A DNA stretch of 64,000 nucleotides. Origin: Paracoccaceae bacterium. Lineage in GTDB: Bacteria; Pseudomonadota; Alphaproteobacteria; Rhodobacterales; Rhodobacteraceae. The translations under genes were made by a program, and so were the position numbers. This document shows, one piece after another, positions 46,228 to 55,586 of the stretch (position 1 is its first letter; every line of letters starts with the position of its first letter). The stretch covers positions 16,828 through 80,827 of the forward strand of contig JALSKC010000003.1 of assembly GCA_026989055.1 (NCBI GenBank). Direction: 5' to 3'. The notes below the pieces were generated by a model. That model was not told where the DNA came from. It ran no database searches and saw nothing but the letters and a program-made list of their open reading frames with translations.

Positions 46228-46899
46228 TCAGCCCGTGCCGGAAACCTCCCGCAGGGCGGAAACCCGGCTGGCGGGAATTTCCGCCCCGCCATCCATGACG
46301 ATGACAAGCGCCCCATCCACAAGCCGCGCCTCGCGCACCAGCGCATAGATCTGGGCGGGTTCGGTCCCGATGACCTTGCCCGCGGCCCGGCTTTCCACCG
46401 AAAAGCTGTAGGTTCCGTTCGGCAGGGGCTGCCCGTCCGGCCCGACTCCGGCCCAGTCCATGGCGCCCTGCTTCGGGTCGATCTGCTGGCGGGACACCTC
46501 CTGCCCGGCTGAATCGGTGACGATCAGCGTGGCGCTGTCAGCCGTTGCCGGAACCGTCGGATATATGGTGATCGGACTGCCGGTGAAACTGGCCGGCACC
46601 GGAGCCTTTGCCTCCATCCCCACCCATCCGGCGACCTGCGCGAGCCCCATGGCGCCGACCTGCTGGCCGAGAGCCTTCAGCAGTTCGTTCGTCTTCGCCT
46701 GCTGTTCGACGCCTGAAAACGTCGCCAGCTGAACGGCGTAATCCGAGGACTGGATGGGATTGAGAGGGTCCTGGTTCTGCATCTGCGTGGTCAACATCCG
46801 CAGGAATGTCTGGAAGTCGGAGCTGATTTCGCGGCGAGGCACGGCATCGCCGGCCGGCGGCGCGAAGATGCCCGAAGCGGTAGGTGGTGAAAGTTCCAT
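46228..46899 (-). CDS. flgD: flagellar hook assembly (capping) protein FlgD
   Basis: FLRMLTTQMQNQDPLNP...SGVEQ N-domain plus a FlgD Ig-like C-domain. Confidence 0.9.
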   Translation of the reverse strand: MELSPPTASGIFAPPAGDAVPRREISSDFQTFLRMLTTQMQNQDPLNPIQSSDYAVQLATFSGVEQQAKTNELLKALGQQVGAMGLAQVAGWVGMEAKAPVPASFTGSPITIYPTVPATADSATLIVTDSAGQEVSRQQIDPKQGAMDWAGVGPDGQPLPNGTYSFSVESRAAGKVIGTEPAQIYALVREARLVDGALVIVMDGGAEIPASRVSALREVSGTG

Positions 46900-46911
46900 G
46901 AAAGGCGTTCC

Positions 46912-48813
46912 CTACAGTCTGATGTCAATGCCCCGGCCGGAATCGAGCGCCAGCCTGAGCGGAGTCGGGCTGGTTTCCGGTGTCTCGCCCGGCCGATCGG
47001 AGGTTCCGGAGCCCGCGTCGCCGGTCCGAGCAGGCGGGGGATCATTTCCGCCGGCACTGCCGTTCCCGGGGCTCTGCCCCTCACCGGAAAAGGCGAAGCT
47101 GAGCCTGTCGTAACCGAGCTCCCGCAGCTGGGTTGCCAACAAGTCGATATGACGGCGCAGAAAGTCCAGGGTCTCGGGCCGTTCCGCAGTAACGCTGACG
47201 GCCATGCCGCCATCCAGAGCCTGCAGCGCAAGGCGTACCCGCCCCAGGGATTCCGGGCTGAGAGTCAGCTCTACCGGGCGTTCGCCAAGCGCCGCTGCGG
47301 CCTGAGCGACCTGCTCGACGGCGCGCGGAACGGCATCGTTGCGAAACAGCGGCTGCCATGGCGCCTGAAGTGCAGCCGATGCGCGAAACGTCACCCGGGG
47401 TTCGGCCGGAACCGGCCCCGCATCGGCACGCTGGGCGTCTTCCCGGTCGGCGGCTGGCGTCAGCCCTGCCCATGCCATCTCCGGAGTCTCCGGCGGGGCA
47501 TGGGGCTCCGCGCTTCCTCCAGCCGGCGCGGACGTGGCCGCCCGTCCTTTCCCGCCAGCCGGCGCCCGCCCGCCGACCGCCCCCGGGACCTCCCCGATCG
47601 GGGGCGAAGCGCCATCGCGCACCGGCATTGCCACGGCGGGTCTCCGCCCGCCCGCCTGCCGTCCTGCCGAAACCCCGGCAGCTTCCGCTCCGGAGCCGGC
47701 AGGATCCGCCCCCGCCTGCCCTCCGGGGGCACCGGCCCACTCCGAACGCTCCGGCGCCCTCGCAAGAAGGTTCCCGGATGCCGGGGCTACTGCAGAAGGA
47801 GCCGGCATTCCTGTGCCGGAGCCTGCGGCACCAGCGCGGGGAAGCTCGGGGGGGAGCAGCGTATCGGCCCGGTTACCGCCATTTGCCGGCGCCGGAGCGC
47901 CGGAATCGGAGGCAGCGCGGCCAGCCTGTCCGGTGCTCTCTCCGGCACCCGATGACCCGGCATCTTCCGGTCGCGCGCGCGCTGCGGGATCGGGGGCGGG
48001 AGAAGGCCAGATCGCCGATCCGCTTCCGGCAGAGGGGCCGGGCAGCAGCAGGCCTTTGCCGGCCCCGCCCCCCGGCAATCCGGGAGCGGCGGCAGGCAGG
48101 ATACCTTGCAGGGCCACACCCGAGGCCGCCGCGCCGGAGGCAAGCCCCGCCGGGCGGGCGGCGTCACCTTCCGCGCCCGGCCGCGCGACGGGCCAGGCGA
48201 CAGGCCAGGAAGCGGACATGGGCATGCCTTCCGCGGATTGCCCCGAAGCAGGCGCGGCGCCGGTTTCGGCGCCCGTTCCCGCAACAGCTGGGGCGGGCAT
48301 GGCGGCCCCGGTTGCAACGCCTGCCGTGCGCGCCTCCACAGTCGGACCGACATTCTCGGAAGGCGCAGAAAAGCCGGCACCGGCGTGCGCCGCAATGACG
48401 ACATGGAAACCCGCGGCGGCACTCCACGGTGCAGGGCCGGCGGAATCCTGCTCTCCCTTCCGGAAATCCGGCCCGTGGGAAACGGCAGCGCCAGCAACAG
48501 ACACCGCCGGTTCCGGATGCGCCTCTCCGGCGGGCATGGGCGGAACTTCCGCCCCGTCGGCTTCGTCGGGGTCGGCTTCGTCGGGAAATACCACCGTCAG
48601 ATCAGCCGGCAGATCTGCCGGATCGGCTTCGGCCACAGCCGCCGCGCTCCCCGGCCCCGTCCCGGCCAGCAGCGCGGCAAAGGGGATCCCGCCTCCCCCC
48701 GCCCTGGCCGATTCGCTGCCGGGCGGCCTGTCCGCCCCGGCCTCCCTTTCCGGTTCCGCCCGGAACGGGGGCGTGAATGGGAAATCGCTGTTGTGCGGCT
48801 GTATCATGGCCAT
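46912..48813 (-). CDS. fliK: flagellar hook-length control protein FliK
   Basis: 633 aa Pro/Ala-rich spacer with the C-terminal Flg_hook domain (LTLSPESLGRVRLALQALDGGMAVSVTAERPETLDFLRRH), upstream of flgD. Confidence 0.8.
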   Translation of the reverse strand: MAMIQPHNSDFPFTPPFRAEPEREAGADRPPGSESARAGGGGIPFAALLAGTGPGSAAAVAEADPADLPADLTVVFPDEADPDEADGAEVPPMPAGEAHPEPAVSVAGAAVSHGPDFRKGEQDSAGPAPWSAAAGFHVVIAAHAGAGFSAPSENVGPTVEARTAGVATGAAMPAPAVAGTGAETGAAPASGQSAEGMPMSASWPVAWPVARPGAEGDAARPAGLASGAAASGVALQGILPAAAPGLPGGGAGKGLLLPGPSAGSGSAIWPSPAPDPAARARPEDAGSSGAGESTGQAGRAASDSGAPAPANGGNRADTLLPPELPRAGAAGSGTGMPAPSAVAPASGNLLARAPERSEWAGAPGGQAGADPAGSGAEAAGVSAGRQAGGRRPAVAMPVRDGASPPIGEVPGAVGGRAPAGGKGRAATSAPAGGSAEPHAPPETPEMAWAGLTPAADREDAQRADAGPVPAEPRVTFRASAALQAPWQPLFRNDAVPRAVEQVAQAAAALGERPVELTLSPESLGRVRLALQALDGGMAVSVTAERPETLDFLRRHIDLLATQLRELGYDRLSFAFSGEGQSPGNGSAGGNDPPPARTGDAGSGTSDRPGETPETSPTPLRLALDSGRGIDIRL

Positions 48814-48855
48814 CCGGGAATTCTTCGTCGTCCGGCGCAGAATCCGCGATCTTCG

Positions 48856-48870
48856 TTACCGCATGTTTAC
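48856..48870. promoter_or_regulatory. TTAC-N7-TTAC direct repeat (degenerate CtrA-like architecture) in the fliK / flgJ-like divergent region
   Basis: TTACCGCATGTTTAC read directly. Same 11-bp phasing as the CtrA full site, but both half-sites deviate from TTAA. Confidence 0.25.
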
Positions 48871-48917
48871 CGTTCTGCCGTCATGCTCCGGAAAATCGCG
48901 GCAATTCGAGTCAACTC

Positions 48918-49217
48918 ATGGAACAGATCACCGGACCCCAGCCTTTCGCCTCATCGCCGGCGCCGCCGGAACCGGGCAGGCGCGCGCAGGAGCTTCGCTC
49001 CGCCGCAAGGGCGCTGGAGGCATCCTTTCTCGCAGAAATGCTGAAGGCAGCGGGGCTGGGCGCCCCGCGAGAAAGCTTCGGCGGCGGCGCCGGGGAGGAG
49101 CAGTTCGGTTCCTTCCTGCGGAATGCCCAGGCGGAGCTGATGGTGGAAAAGGGCGGCATCGGCCTTGCCGAATCGCTGTTCGAAGCTCTCAAGGAACGCG
49201 CCGATGGGGCTGTTTGA
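48918..49217 (+). CDS. rod-binding protein (FlgJ N-terminal-domain-like, no muramidase domain)
   Basis: 99 aa: RSAARALEASFLAEMLKAAG...FGSFLRNAQAELMVEKGGIGLAESL, typical of the Rod-binding family. Confidence 0.7.
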   Translation: MEQITGPQPFASSPAPPEPGRRAQELRSAARALEASFLAEMLKAAGLGAPRESFGGGAGEEQFGSFLRNAQAELMVEKGGIGLAESLFEALKERADGAV

Positions 49218-49560
49218 ACCGCGCGATGCCGCCGGCACCCTGGCCGACATACTGGAGCGCGAGCATCGCGCCCTGATGCAGGGGCGGTTCGACCTGCTGC
49301 AGGGGCTGCTGCCGGAAAAGGAACGCGCACTTGGAGCGCTCGGGCAGGTTCGTGACCGCGCGACCTTGGCCCGGCTGCGTTCATCCTTCGAAAGGAACCA
49401 GGCCCTGCTTCAGGCCGCCGCCCAGGGCATTCGCACTGCCAGAGAGGTGATCGCGCGCACAAGACGGGCACCGCAGGGAGAGGCGCTGGTGACCTATGAC
49501 CGAAACGGCCGGCGCACCGACATGACGGTTCCCGGGCCGCGCACGGAGCGACGCGCCTGA
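49204..49560 (+). CDS. FlgN-like flagellar protein (tentative)
   Basis: 118 aa helical protein: LADILEREHRALMQGRFDLLQGLLPEKERAL resembles FlgN-family N-termini. Flagellar context. Overlaps the upstream gene by 14 nt. Confidence 0.45.
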   Translation: MGLFEPRDAAGTLADILEREHRALMQGRFDLLQGLLPEKERALGALGQVRDRATLARLRSSFERNQALLQAAAQGIRTAREVIARTRRAPQGEALVTYDRNGRRTDMTVPGPRTERRA

Positions 49561-49624
49561 AGGCGCTTTCGGCATCCGCGGCCGCTCCAATTTGGCTCAA
49601 ATCGCCGGCAACTTCCCGGAATCG

Positions 49625-49639
49625 TTAGGTCAAACTTAG
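49625..49639. promoter_or_regulatory. TTAG-N7-TTAG direct repeat upstream of the flagellin gene
   Basis: TTAGGTCAAACTTAG read directly, about 150 nt upstream of the fliC ATG. Confidence 0.25.
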
Positions 49640-49785
49640 CAATTCCCCGGCAGATCTGAAACCGCATCCTGCGGGATGGCGCGGACGGCCAAACGCCGTG
49701 TTCCGCACTGTCAGAATGACGCTCGTGCCCGACCGGGCGAAATTCCAACCGGCGCAAAATGCGTCATCCGACCAAAGGAAGAATC

Positions 49786-51252
49786 ATGTCAAGCATTCTG
49801 ACGAACAAGAGCGCGATGGTCGCTCTTCAGACCCTGAAGATGATCAACTCCAACCTTGCGAAGACCCAGGCCGAGATCTCCACCGGCCGGAAGATCGCCT
49901 CGGCCAAGGACAATGCCTCGATCTGGGCGATCTCCAAGGTGATGGAGTCCGACGTGAAGGGCTTCAAGGGCATTTCCGAAAGCCTGTCGCTGGGAGAATC
50001 GACCGTGGCCGTCGCCCGCCAGGCATCGGAAACGATCACCGAGCTGCTGACCGACATCAAGTCCAAGATCGTGGCCGCCCAAGAGCAGAACGTCGATCGC
50101 GAAAAGATCCAGACCGACATCGACGCCCTGCGCAACCAGATCACCTCGGTTGTCAACGCGGCCCAGTTCAACGGGCTGAACCTCCTCAAGGGGACGGAAG
50201 ACGTCAACATCCTGTCTTCGCTCGACCGGGCCGCCGATGGCTCCGTGAGCGCCAGCAACATCACGATCTCCCGCCAGGACATGTCGACGACCGCAGGCGT
50301 GCTGGGAACCGGCACCGACCTGTCGCCCAACGCGACGCTCAGCGCGACCAGCGCCACCAACGCCGGCAATACCGCGACCGTGACCATCGCCACGGACGCC
50401 GACATGAGCGACAACACCCTGACGCTGACCATCGGCGGCGCCACGCTCAGCTATGCCGTGGGAGACCTGAGCGGCAACCAGGACGCGGCGGCCTCGAAGA
50501 TCACCGGCGACATCAACGCCCTTGGCATCGTCGGGGTGACCGCCAGCGTCGCGAACAATGTCATCACCCTGACCTCGACGCGTGCCTTCGAGGATGTGGC
50601 CCTTTCCGCCACCGGCGCAACGGCCTCTGCCAGCTTCATCGCGGAACGCGCCGAAACCCTGACCTTCTCGGCCTCGGCCAATGTCGCGGAAGGGGACGGC
50701 TACCAGGTGACGATCGGCAGCAACACCTTCACCTATGTGGCCGGCAAGGGCGAAACGTTCGAGGACGTCGCCAAGGGTCTGAAGGTCGCCATCGATGGCG
50801 GCAGCATCCCCGGCATCACGACCCAGGTTGTCCAGAATTCGTCCAACCAGTGGGTGCTGAAGATCGACAATGATTCGGCGACCGCACAAACCCTGGCCCG
50901 CGCGGGCGCAGCCGGCGGCACGGCCTCCGGCGGGCTGTTCGGGCTCGACAAGATCGACGTGACGACAAATGCCGGCGCCAATGCGGCCCTCGACAACATC
51001 GAGACGCTGATCAATGCCTCGATCGATGCCGCGGCCAATTTTGGTTCGGCCCAGGGCCGAATCGAGATCCAGTCCGACTTCATCAGCAAGCTGGTGGATT
51101 CGCTGCGCGCCGGGATCGGCACGATGGTCGACGCCGACATGGAAGCCGCATCGGCCCGGCTCCAGGCGCTGCAGGTCCAGCAGCAGCTTGGCATCCAGTC
51201 GCTGTCGATCGCGAACCAGTCACCGCAATCGATCCTTTCGCTTTTCCGCTGA
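49786..51252 (+). CDS. fliC: flagellin
   Basis: N-terminus MSSILTNKSAMVALQTL...LSTGRKI-like; C-terminus GSAQGRIE...QALQVQQQLGIQSLSIANQSPQSILSLFR. AAGGAAG RBS. Start trimmed from 49759. Confidence 0.93.
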   Translation: MSSILTNKSAMVALQTLKMINSNLAKTQAEISTGRKIASAKDNASIWAISKVMESDVKGFKGISESLSLGESTVAVARQASETITELLTDIKSKIVAAQEQNVDREKIQTDIDALRNQITSVVNAAQFNGLNLLKGTEDVNILSSLDRAADGSVSASNITISRQDMSTTAGVLGTGTDLSPNATLSATSATNAGNTATVTIATDADMSDNTLTLTIGGATLSYAVGDLSGNQDAAASKITGDINALGIVGVTASVANNVITLTSTRAFEDVALSATGATASASFIAERAETLTFSASANVAEGDGYQVTIGSNTFTYVAGKGETFEDVAKGLKVAIDGGSIPGITTQVVQNSSNQWVLKIDNDSATAQTLARAGAAGGTASGGLFGLDKIDVTTNAGANAALDNIETLINASIDAAANFGSAQGRIEIQSDFISKLVDSLRAGIGTMVDADMEAASARLQALQVQQQLGIQSLSIANQSPQSILSLFR

Positions 51253-51260
51253 TCTGACGC

Positions 51261-51289
51261 CCGGGGCGCCGGCAATGCCGGTGCCCCGG
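51261..51289 (+). terminator. hairpin CCGGGGCGCCGGC-AAT-GCCGGTGCCCCGG after fliC
   Basis: 13-bp stem (one G-U pair) beginning 9 nt after the fliC stop. No clear U-tract. Confidence 0.45.
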
Positions 51290-51338
51290 ACCGCCGGGAA
51301 GCCCTGACATCCCCCATTGTCATACGGAAGGATCAACC

Positions 51339-51710
51339 GTGAACGCCACTCACCTCGCCCGCAATGCCTACGCTTCGCACGCCGCGCCGATCAGGACCGA
51401 TCGCGGCATCGAGCTGGAAGCATTTTCCCGCATCACGAAGAGAATCACCCCGGCTCACGCCAAGCGCAACTACCCCGATTTCGTTCAGGCTCTGCACGAA
51501 AACCGCAGGCTCTGGACCCTGCTGGCCGTGGATGTCGCCGACCGGAACAACCGCTTGCCGCAGGCCCTGAGAGCCCGGATCTTCTACCTTGCCGAATTCA
51601 CCCTGCTGCATACTTCCAAGGTCCTGACCGGAGAGGCAAGCGCGCAGGATCTGGTAGATATCAACCAGGCAATCATGATCGGGCTGCGCCAGCAGGAGGC
51701 CGGAACATGA
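51339..51710 (+). CDS. flaF: flagellar biosynthesis regulator FlaF
   Basis: 123 aa: NRRLWTLLAVDVADRNNRLPQALRARIFYLAEF; FlaF family. GTG start. Confidence 0.85.
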   Translation: MNATHLARNAYASHAAPIRTDRGIELEAFSRITKRITPAHAKRNYPDFVQALHENRRLWTLLAVDVADRNNRLPQALRARIFYLAEFTLLHTSKVLTGEASAQDLVDINQAIMIGLRQQEAGT

Positions 51711-52111
51711 GCGGACTCGTGCTGAAGCTCGGCCCGCGTGAGCGCGTTCTGATCAACGGTGCGGTCATCGAAAACGGTGATCGCAGAAGCCGTATCTCGA
51801 TCATGACCCCCAATGCCAACATCCTGCGTCTGCGCGATGCGATTCACCCCGAGGAAGTCAACACCCCCGTTCGGCGCGTCTGCTACATTGCCCAGCTCGT
51901 TCTGTCCGGCGATGCCGATCCGGACGAAGCGCGCCACCAGCTGTTGCGGGGCATCGAACAGCTGAGCCAGGTGCTGACCGACCCGGACAGCCGGAAGCTT
52001 CTGACCACGGCAACGGAAACGGTTCTGGAAAACAGGTTCTACCAGGCCCTCAAGGCCCTGCGTGGCCTGCTGCCGCGGGAAGAACGGCTCATGGCGGCGC
52101 GCCTGTCATGA
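51707..52111 (+). CDS. flbT: flagellin synthesis repressor FlbT
   Basis: MSGLVLKLGPRERVLINGAVIENGDRRSRI; FlbT family. ATGA overlap with flaF. Confidence 0.88.
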   Translation: MSGLVLKLGPRERVLINGAVIENGDRRSRISIMTPNANILRLRDAIHPEEVNTPVRRVCYIAQLVLSGDADPDEARHQLLRGIEQLSQVLTDPDSRKLLTTATETVLENRFYQALKALRGLLPREERLMAARLS

Positions 52112-52929
52112 GCTTTCAGCCGGCATTGCCTCTTTCCGGCCTTGCCGGCTGGTCATTCCTCGAACGCACGAGGGGACGACAGCAGCAGGCGTTCAACGCC
52201 AGCAGCGTCATGCAGCGCGACACAACATATTTCCGGGAAAATATCGCCTCGGTCCGAACCGCCGAAGATCTGGTGGCAGACCGCCGGCTCCTGCGCGTGG
52301 CGCTGGGCGCATTCGGTCTTGGCGATGACATCGACAACCGATATTTCATCCGCAAGATTCTCGAAGGCGGCACCCTGGACCCGGATTCCCTGGCGAACCG
52401 CCTTGCGGACAAGCGTTACCACGCATTCGCCAAGGTGTTCGGCTTCGGCGACTTCGCGACGGCAAACACCCAGCTTGCGGATTTTCCGGACCGGATCATC
52501 ACCGCCTATCAGAACCGCGAATTCGAGGTGCGGATCGGAGAGCAGGATCCTGACATGCGCCTGGCCCTGAGCGTCGAACGCGAGCTAGGCCAGATACTCG
52601 ACCGGAAAACCACGGACGACGGATACTGGTATTTTGTCATGGGAACACCGCCCCTCCGCAAGGTTTTCGAAACCGCCCTGGGTCTCCCGAGCACGACCGC
52701 CGGGCTGGAGCTCGATCAACAGCTCCGCCTGTTTCGCGAACGTTCCGAACGGGTCTTCGGCAATGGAGAAGTCAGCCAGTTCGCCGATCCGGAAAAACGC
52801 GATCAGCTCGTGCGGCGCTTTCTGGTCCTGTCGGAGTCCCAGGCGCAGCCGAGTATGCTCTCGCCAGGCTATGCCGCTCTCGCGCTGCTGCAGGGTTCGG
52901 CTTCGGATCCCCTCGGGACATTTTCATGA
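52108..52929 (+). CDS. DUF1217 flagellar-cluster protein
   Basis: 273 aa: YFRENI...LLRVALGAFGL...FIRKIL; an alphaproteobacterial DUF1217-type protein. ATGA overlap with flbT. Confidence 0.65.
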   Translation: MSFQPALPLSGLAGWSFLERTRGRQQQAFNASSVMQRDTTYFRENIASVRTAEDLVADRRLLRVALGAFGLGDDIDNRYFIRKILEGGTLDPDSLANRLADKRYHAFAKVFGFGDFATANTQLADFPDRIITAYQNREFEVRIGEQDPDMRLALSVERELGQILDRKTTDDGYWYFVMGTPPLRKVFETALGLPSTTAGLELDQQLRLFRERSERVFGNGEVSQFADPEKRDQLVRRFLVLSESQAQPSMLSPGYAALALLQGSASDPLGTFS

Positions 52930-53132
52930 CGCTTGCGGCACGGCATCCCCGAGCAGAAGGCACCCATGCAACCTTTCCCTCTCCCTGTATTCCCGGAACG
53001 TCTGTTCAACGCCTCGGCGTTGCCGTATCGGCCTGGTTTCGGTGCGGCGGGAGGGGGCTCGCCCTGATCCGGCGGTCCGATCCGCCATTCCCCCTGCCAC
53101 AGGCCGATTTCGGACGGGCTCCGCCCGCCATG

Positions 53133-54058
53133 TCAGCAGCCGCCTTCGGACCAGATACAGATTGCCGCGCGCAAACGGGCCGAACGGCTGCGCCGGTTCC
53201 CGGCCAGCCCGCGATACCGGATCCCGATGTAACCGGACCGCCGCTTCAGTGCCCGGAACGGATGCCCGACCCGCGCCCCGGCCCTGGCGGTCAGGCGGTC
53301 CACATGCGCGTCAACGGGGTGCGGCTTGCCGCCCCCGGGGGGCGTGCGCATCACGCGCCGGAACCTGCCGGGACCGGCGAAGGCCTCGGCGCGGGCGGCG
53401 CCGGCACAGGCCCTGTCCGCCCGGAGCGATGTCTCGTCGCCGTGCGGCAACGCCTCCCATACCCGGCTGTCGTGCACCCTGGCCGTGGTGCTCTCCAGGC
53501 CGTGCACGAGGCCGCTCTCGGCGTCGGCCCGCCATGCGCCTTCATGCCGAAATGCCAGTCATTGCCCCTCCTGGCACCGCCGCCTGCGGAGCGCGCCTGC
53601 CCGCCTCGTTCTTCGTCGAGCCCGCTGCGCCGATGGTCGTCGCATCCTCCAGCCTGCCCGAGCGCAGCGTCGGGCCTTCCCGGCCAGATGCGCGTTCACC
53701 CCCGTGGAGACCGCCTCGGTCAATGCCCGGCGTTCCGGGAGCCGGCCCTCGCCCGGCGCCAGCCCCGCAAACCGGCGCATCACATCGCCCTCGTGAAGGA
53801 TCTCCTCCGCCATCGGGTCGCTCGGCGCATAGCACTGCTGCAGGCAGGAGAGGCGCAACATCACCTCCAGCGGCATCGCCGGGCGAGGGCCCTTGCGGCC
53901 ATCTGCGGGCAATGCGGTGCGATCGGAGCCGGCAGGCGCGAGCGCGGCGCCACCGCCTCCACCTCGGCCGGAAGCTTCTCGCGCCGCGTCACCTTCTCCT
54001 TCTGGGCATGGGCGCGCGAGGCATGGGCGCGCGAGGGAAATGTCTTCTTCCCGGGCAC
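53133..54058 (-). mobile_element. IS5-family DDE transposase relic (pseudogene; at least 4 frameshifts); IS ends not identified
   Basis: Transposase-like segments are scattered over three minus-strand frames: KLPAEVEAVAPRSRLPAPIAPHCPQ, PLEVMLRLSCLQQCYAPSDPMAEE...MRRFAGL, LRSGRLEDATTIGAAGSTKNE, MKAH, and HGLESTTARVHDS...ADRA...ARVGHPF...RYRGLAGN. Confidence 0.7.
54006..54035. repeat. perfect tandem duplication, 2 x 15 bp (GCATGGGCGCGCGAG)
   Basis: Read directly, inside the 5' part of the transposase relic. Confidence 0.95.
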
Positions 54059-54172
54059 CGGCAGGATCCGGCGGCGGTCGGGAAGAACCTCTCAGATCAA
54101 CCACAGATGCCGAACTCCTTCACACGGTCCTTTCCTTGCGCGTGCTGCGGAATGCGCAGTCGCACGCCCCGC

Positions 54173-55537
54173 TCATGCAGACCGTTCTTCCTGCTGCTCC
54201 TTCGCGAAATGGTTGTCTTCCGCCACTTTCAGACAGTCCTCCAGCATCCGGAAACTTTCCCGGATTCCACCTCGGGAACTGGCCGACAGGAAGGCATCCA
54301 ACCGGGGCCAGACCGCTATCGCGGTATCCGTATCCGGATCGGAACCATGTGCGTAGAGGCCGGCCTGTATCATCATTTCGCTTCGGTCATAAAGCCCGAG
54401 CAGCTCCCTGGCCCTGCCGATCAGCCGGTTCTCCTCTTCCGTCGCGGCATCGGGCAGCGCCCGTGAAACCGACCGCAGCAGATCGATGGCCGGGAACCGG
54501 CCGCGCTCGGCAATCCTGCGCTCCAGCACCACGTGCCCATCCAGTACACCCCGGACAATATCGGCAACCGGTTCTTCCATGTCCGATCCGGCGACGAGAA
54601 CGCTGAAGATGGCGGTAATGTCCGCACTGCCGTCGATTCCCGGCCCGGCCCGCTCGCACAGCTGCATCAACATGTGGGCCACAGATGGCGGATAGCCCCG
54701 CAGAGACGCATCCTCGCCGGCAGCCAGGGCGATCTCGCGGTGAGCCTCGGCGAAACGGGTCAGCGAATCGGCCAGGAACAGGACCTGCCGCCCCTGATCC
54801 CGGAAATGCTCGGCAACCGACATTGCCGCCCAGGCGCACCGCCTGCGCACAAGCGCCGACTGATCGGAAGTCGCGGCCACGACAATGGCGCGGGACATTC
54901 CCCGAGGGCCGAGCACCCGTTCCACGAACTCCCGCAGCTCGCGCCCGCGTTCGCCGATCATGGCGACGACGACGATATCCGTTTCCATCCCGATCGCCAG
55001 CTTTCCGAGCAAGGTGGACTTTCCGACCCCCGAGCCGGAAAACAGCCCGATGCGCTGGCCGCGCACGATCGGCAGCAGCGTGTCGAACACCGCCATCCCC
55101 GTGGCCGCACGCGGCCCCAGCCGGCGGCGCTGCGCCGGGTTGGGCGGCATTGCCTGCAACGGGCGCGGCCTCGGGCCGCGCAGCAGGGCGGGGCCCGACA
55201 GAGGGATTCCGAACGGGTCGATGATCCTTCCGATCCAGCTGTCATGCGGTGCGATCACGTCATTGCCCAGAAGCTCGACTCTGGCTCCGGTGCGCATCCC
55301 GCTCGGCGCACCATCTGGAAAAACGGTGATCACACCCTCTTCGACCTGGGTGACCTCTCCGAGCATGAACGTGCCGTCGGACCGGCGGATCCGCACCATC
55401 TGCCCGAGCGCGGCAACCTCCGAAAGCCCTGAAACGCTCAGGGTGCCGCGCCCGATGCCGCAAACGCGCCCGGCCCAGCGCGCCGGTTCCACCGCGTCGA
55501 TCTCCGCGCGCAGCACCTCGAGGCCTGCCGGCATCAT
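54173..55537 (-). CDS. fliI: flagellum-specific ATP synthase FliI
   Basis: GLFSGSGVGKSTLL Walker A and VLFLADSLTRFA Walker B. Start set at MMPAGLEV (GGAGGAGAAG RBS). The 651-aa track ORF extension is antisense to flgB. Confidence 0.92.
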   Translation of the reverse strand: MMPAGLEVLRAEIDAVEPARWAGRVCGIGRGTLSVSGLSEVAALGQMVRIRRSDGTFMLGEVTQVEEGVITVFPDGAPSGMRTGARVELLGNDVIAPHDSWIGRIIDPFGIPLSGPALLRGPRPRPLQAMPPNPAQRRRLGPRAATGMAVFDTLLPIVRGQRIGLFSGSGVGKSTLLGKLAIGMETDIVVVAMIGERGRELREFVERVLGPRGMSRAIVVAATSDQSALVRRRCAWAAMSVAEHFRDQGRQVLFLADSLTRFAEAHREIALAAGEDASLRGYPPSVAHMLMQLCERAGPGIDGSADITAIFSVLVAGSDMEEPVADIVRGVLDGHVVLERRIAERGRFPAIDLLRSVSRALPDAATEEENRLIGRARELLGLYDRSEMMIQAGLYAHGSDPDTDTAIAVWPRLDAFLSASSRGGIRESFRMLEDCLKVAEDNHFAKEQQEERSA

Positions 55538-55586
55538 CTTCTCCTCCCCAGCCGTGTCGGTGAAACCGTTTCTAAAGGAATCACGG

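Noticed and set aside
52930-53132. Search for terminal inverted repeats or target-site duplication of the IS5-like relic (also 54059-54172)
   Set aside because: I found only short direct similarities (CCTTTCC-containing segments, GATCCGGCGG) and no convincing inverted pair, so the element boundaries are left undefined.
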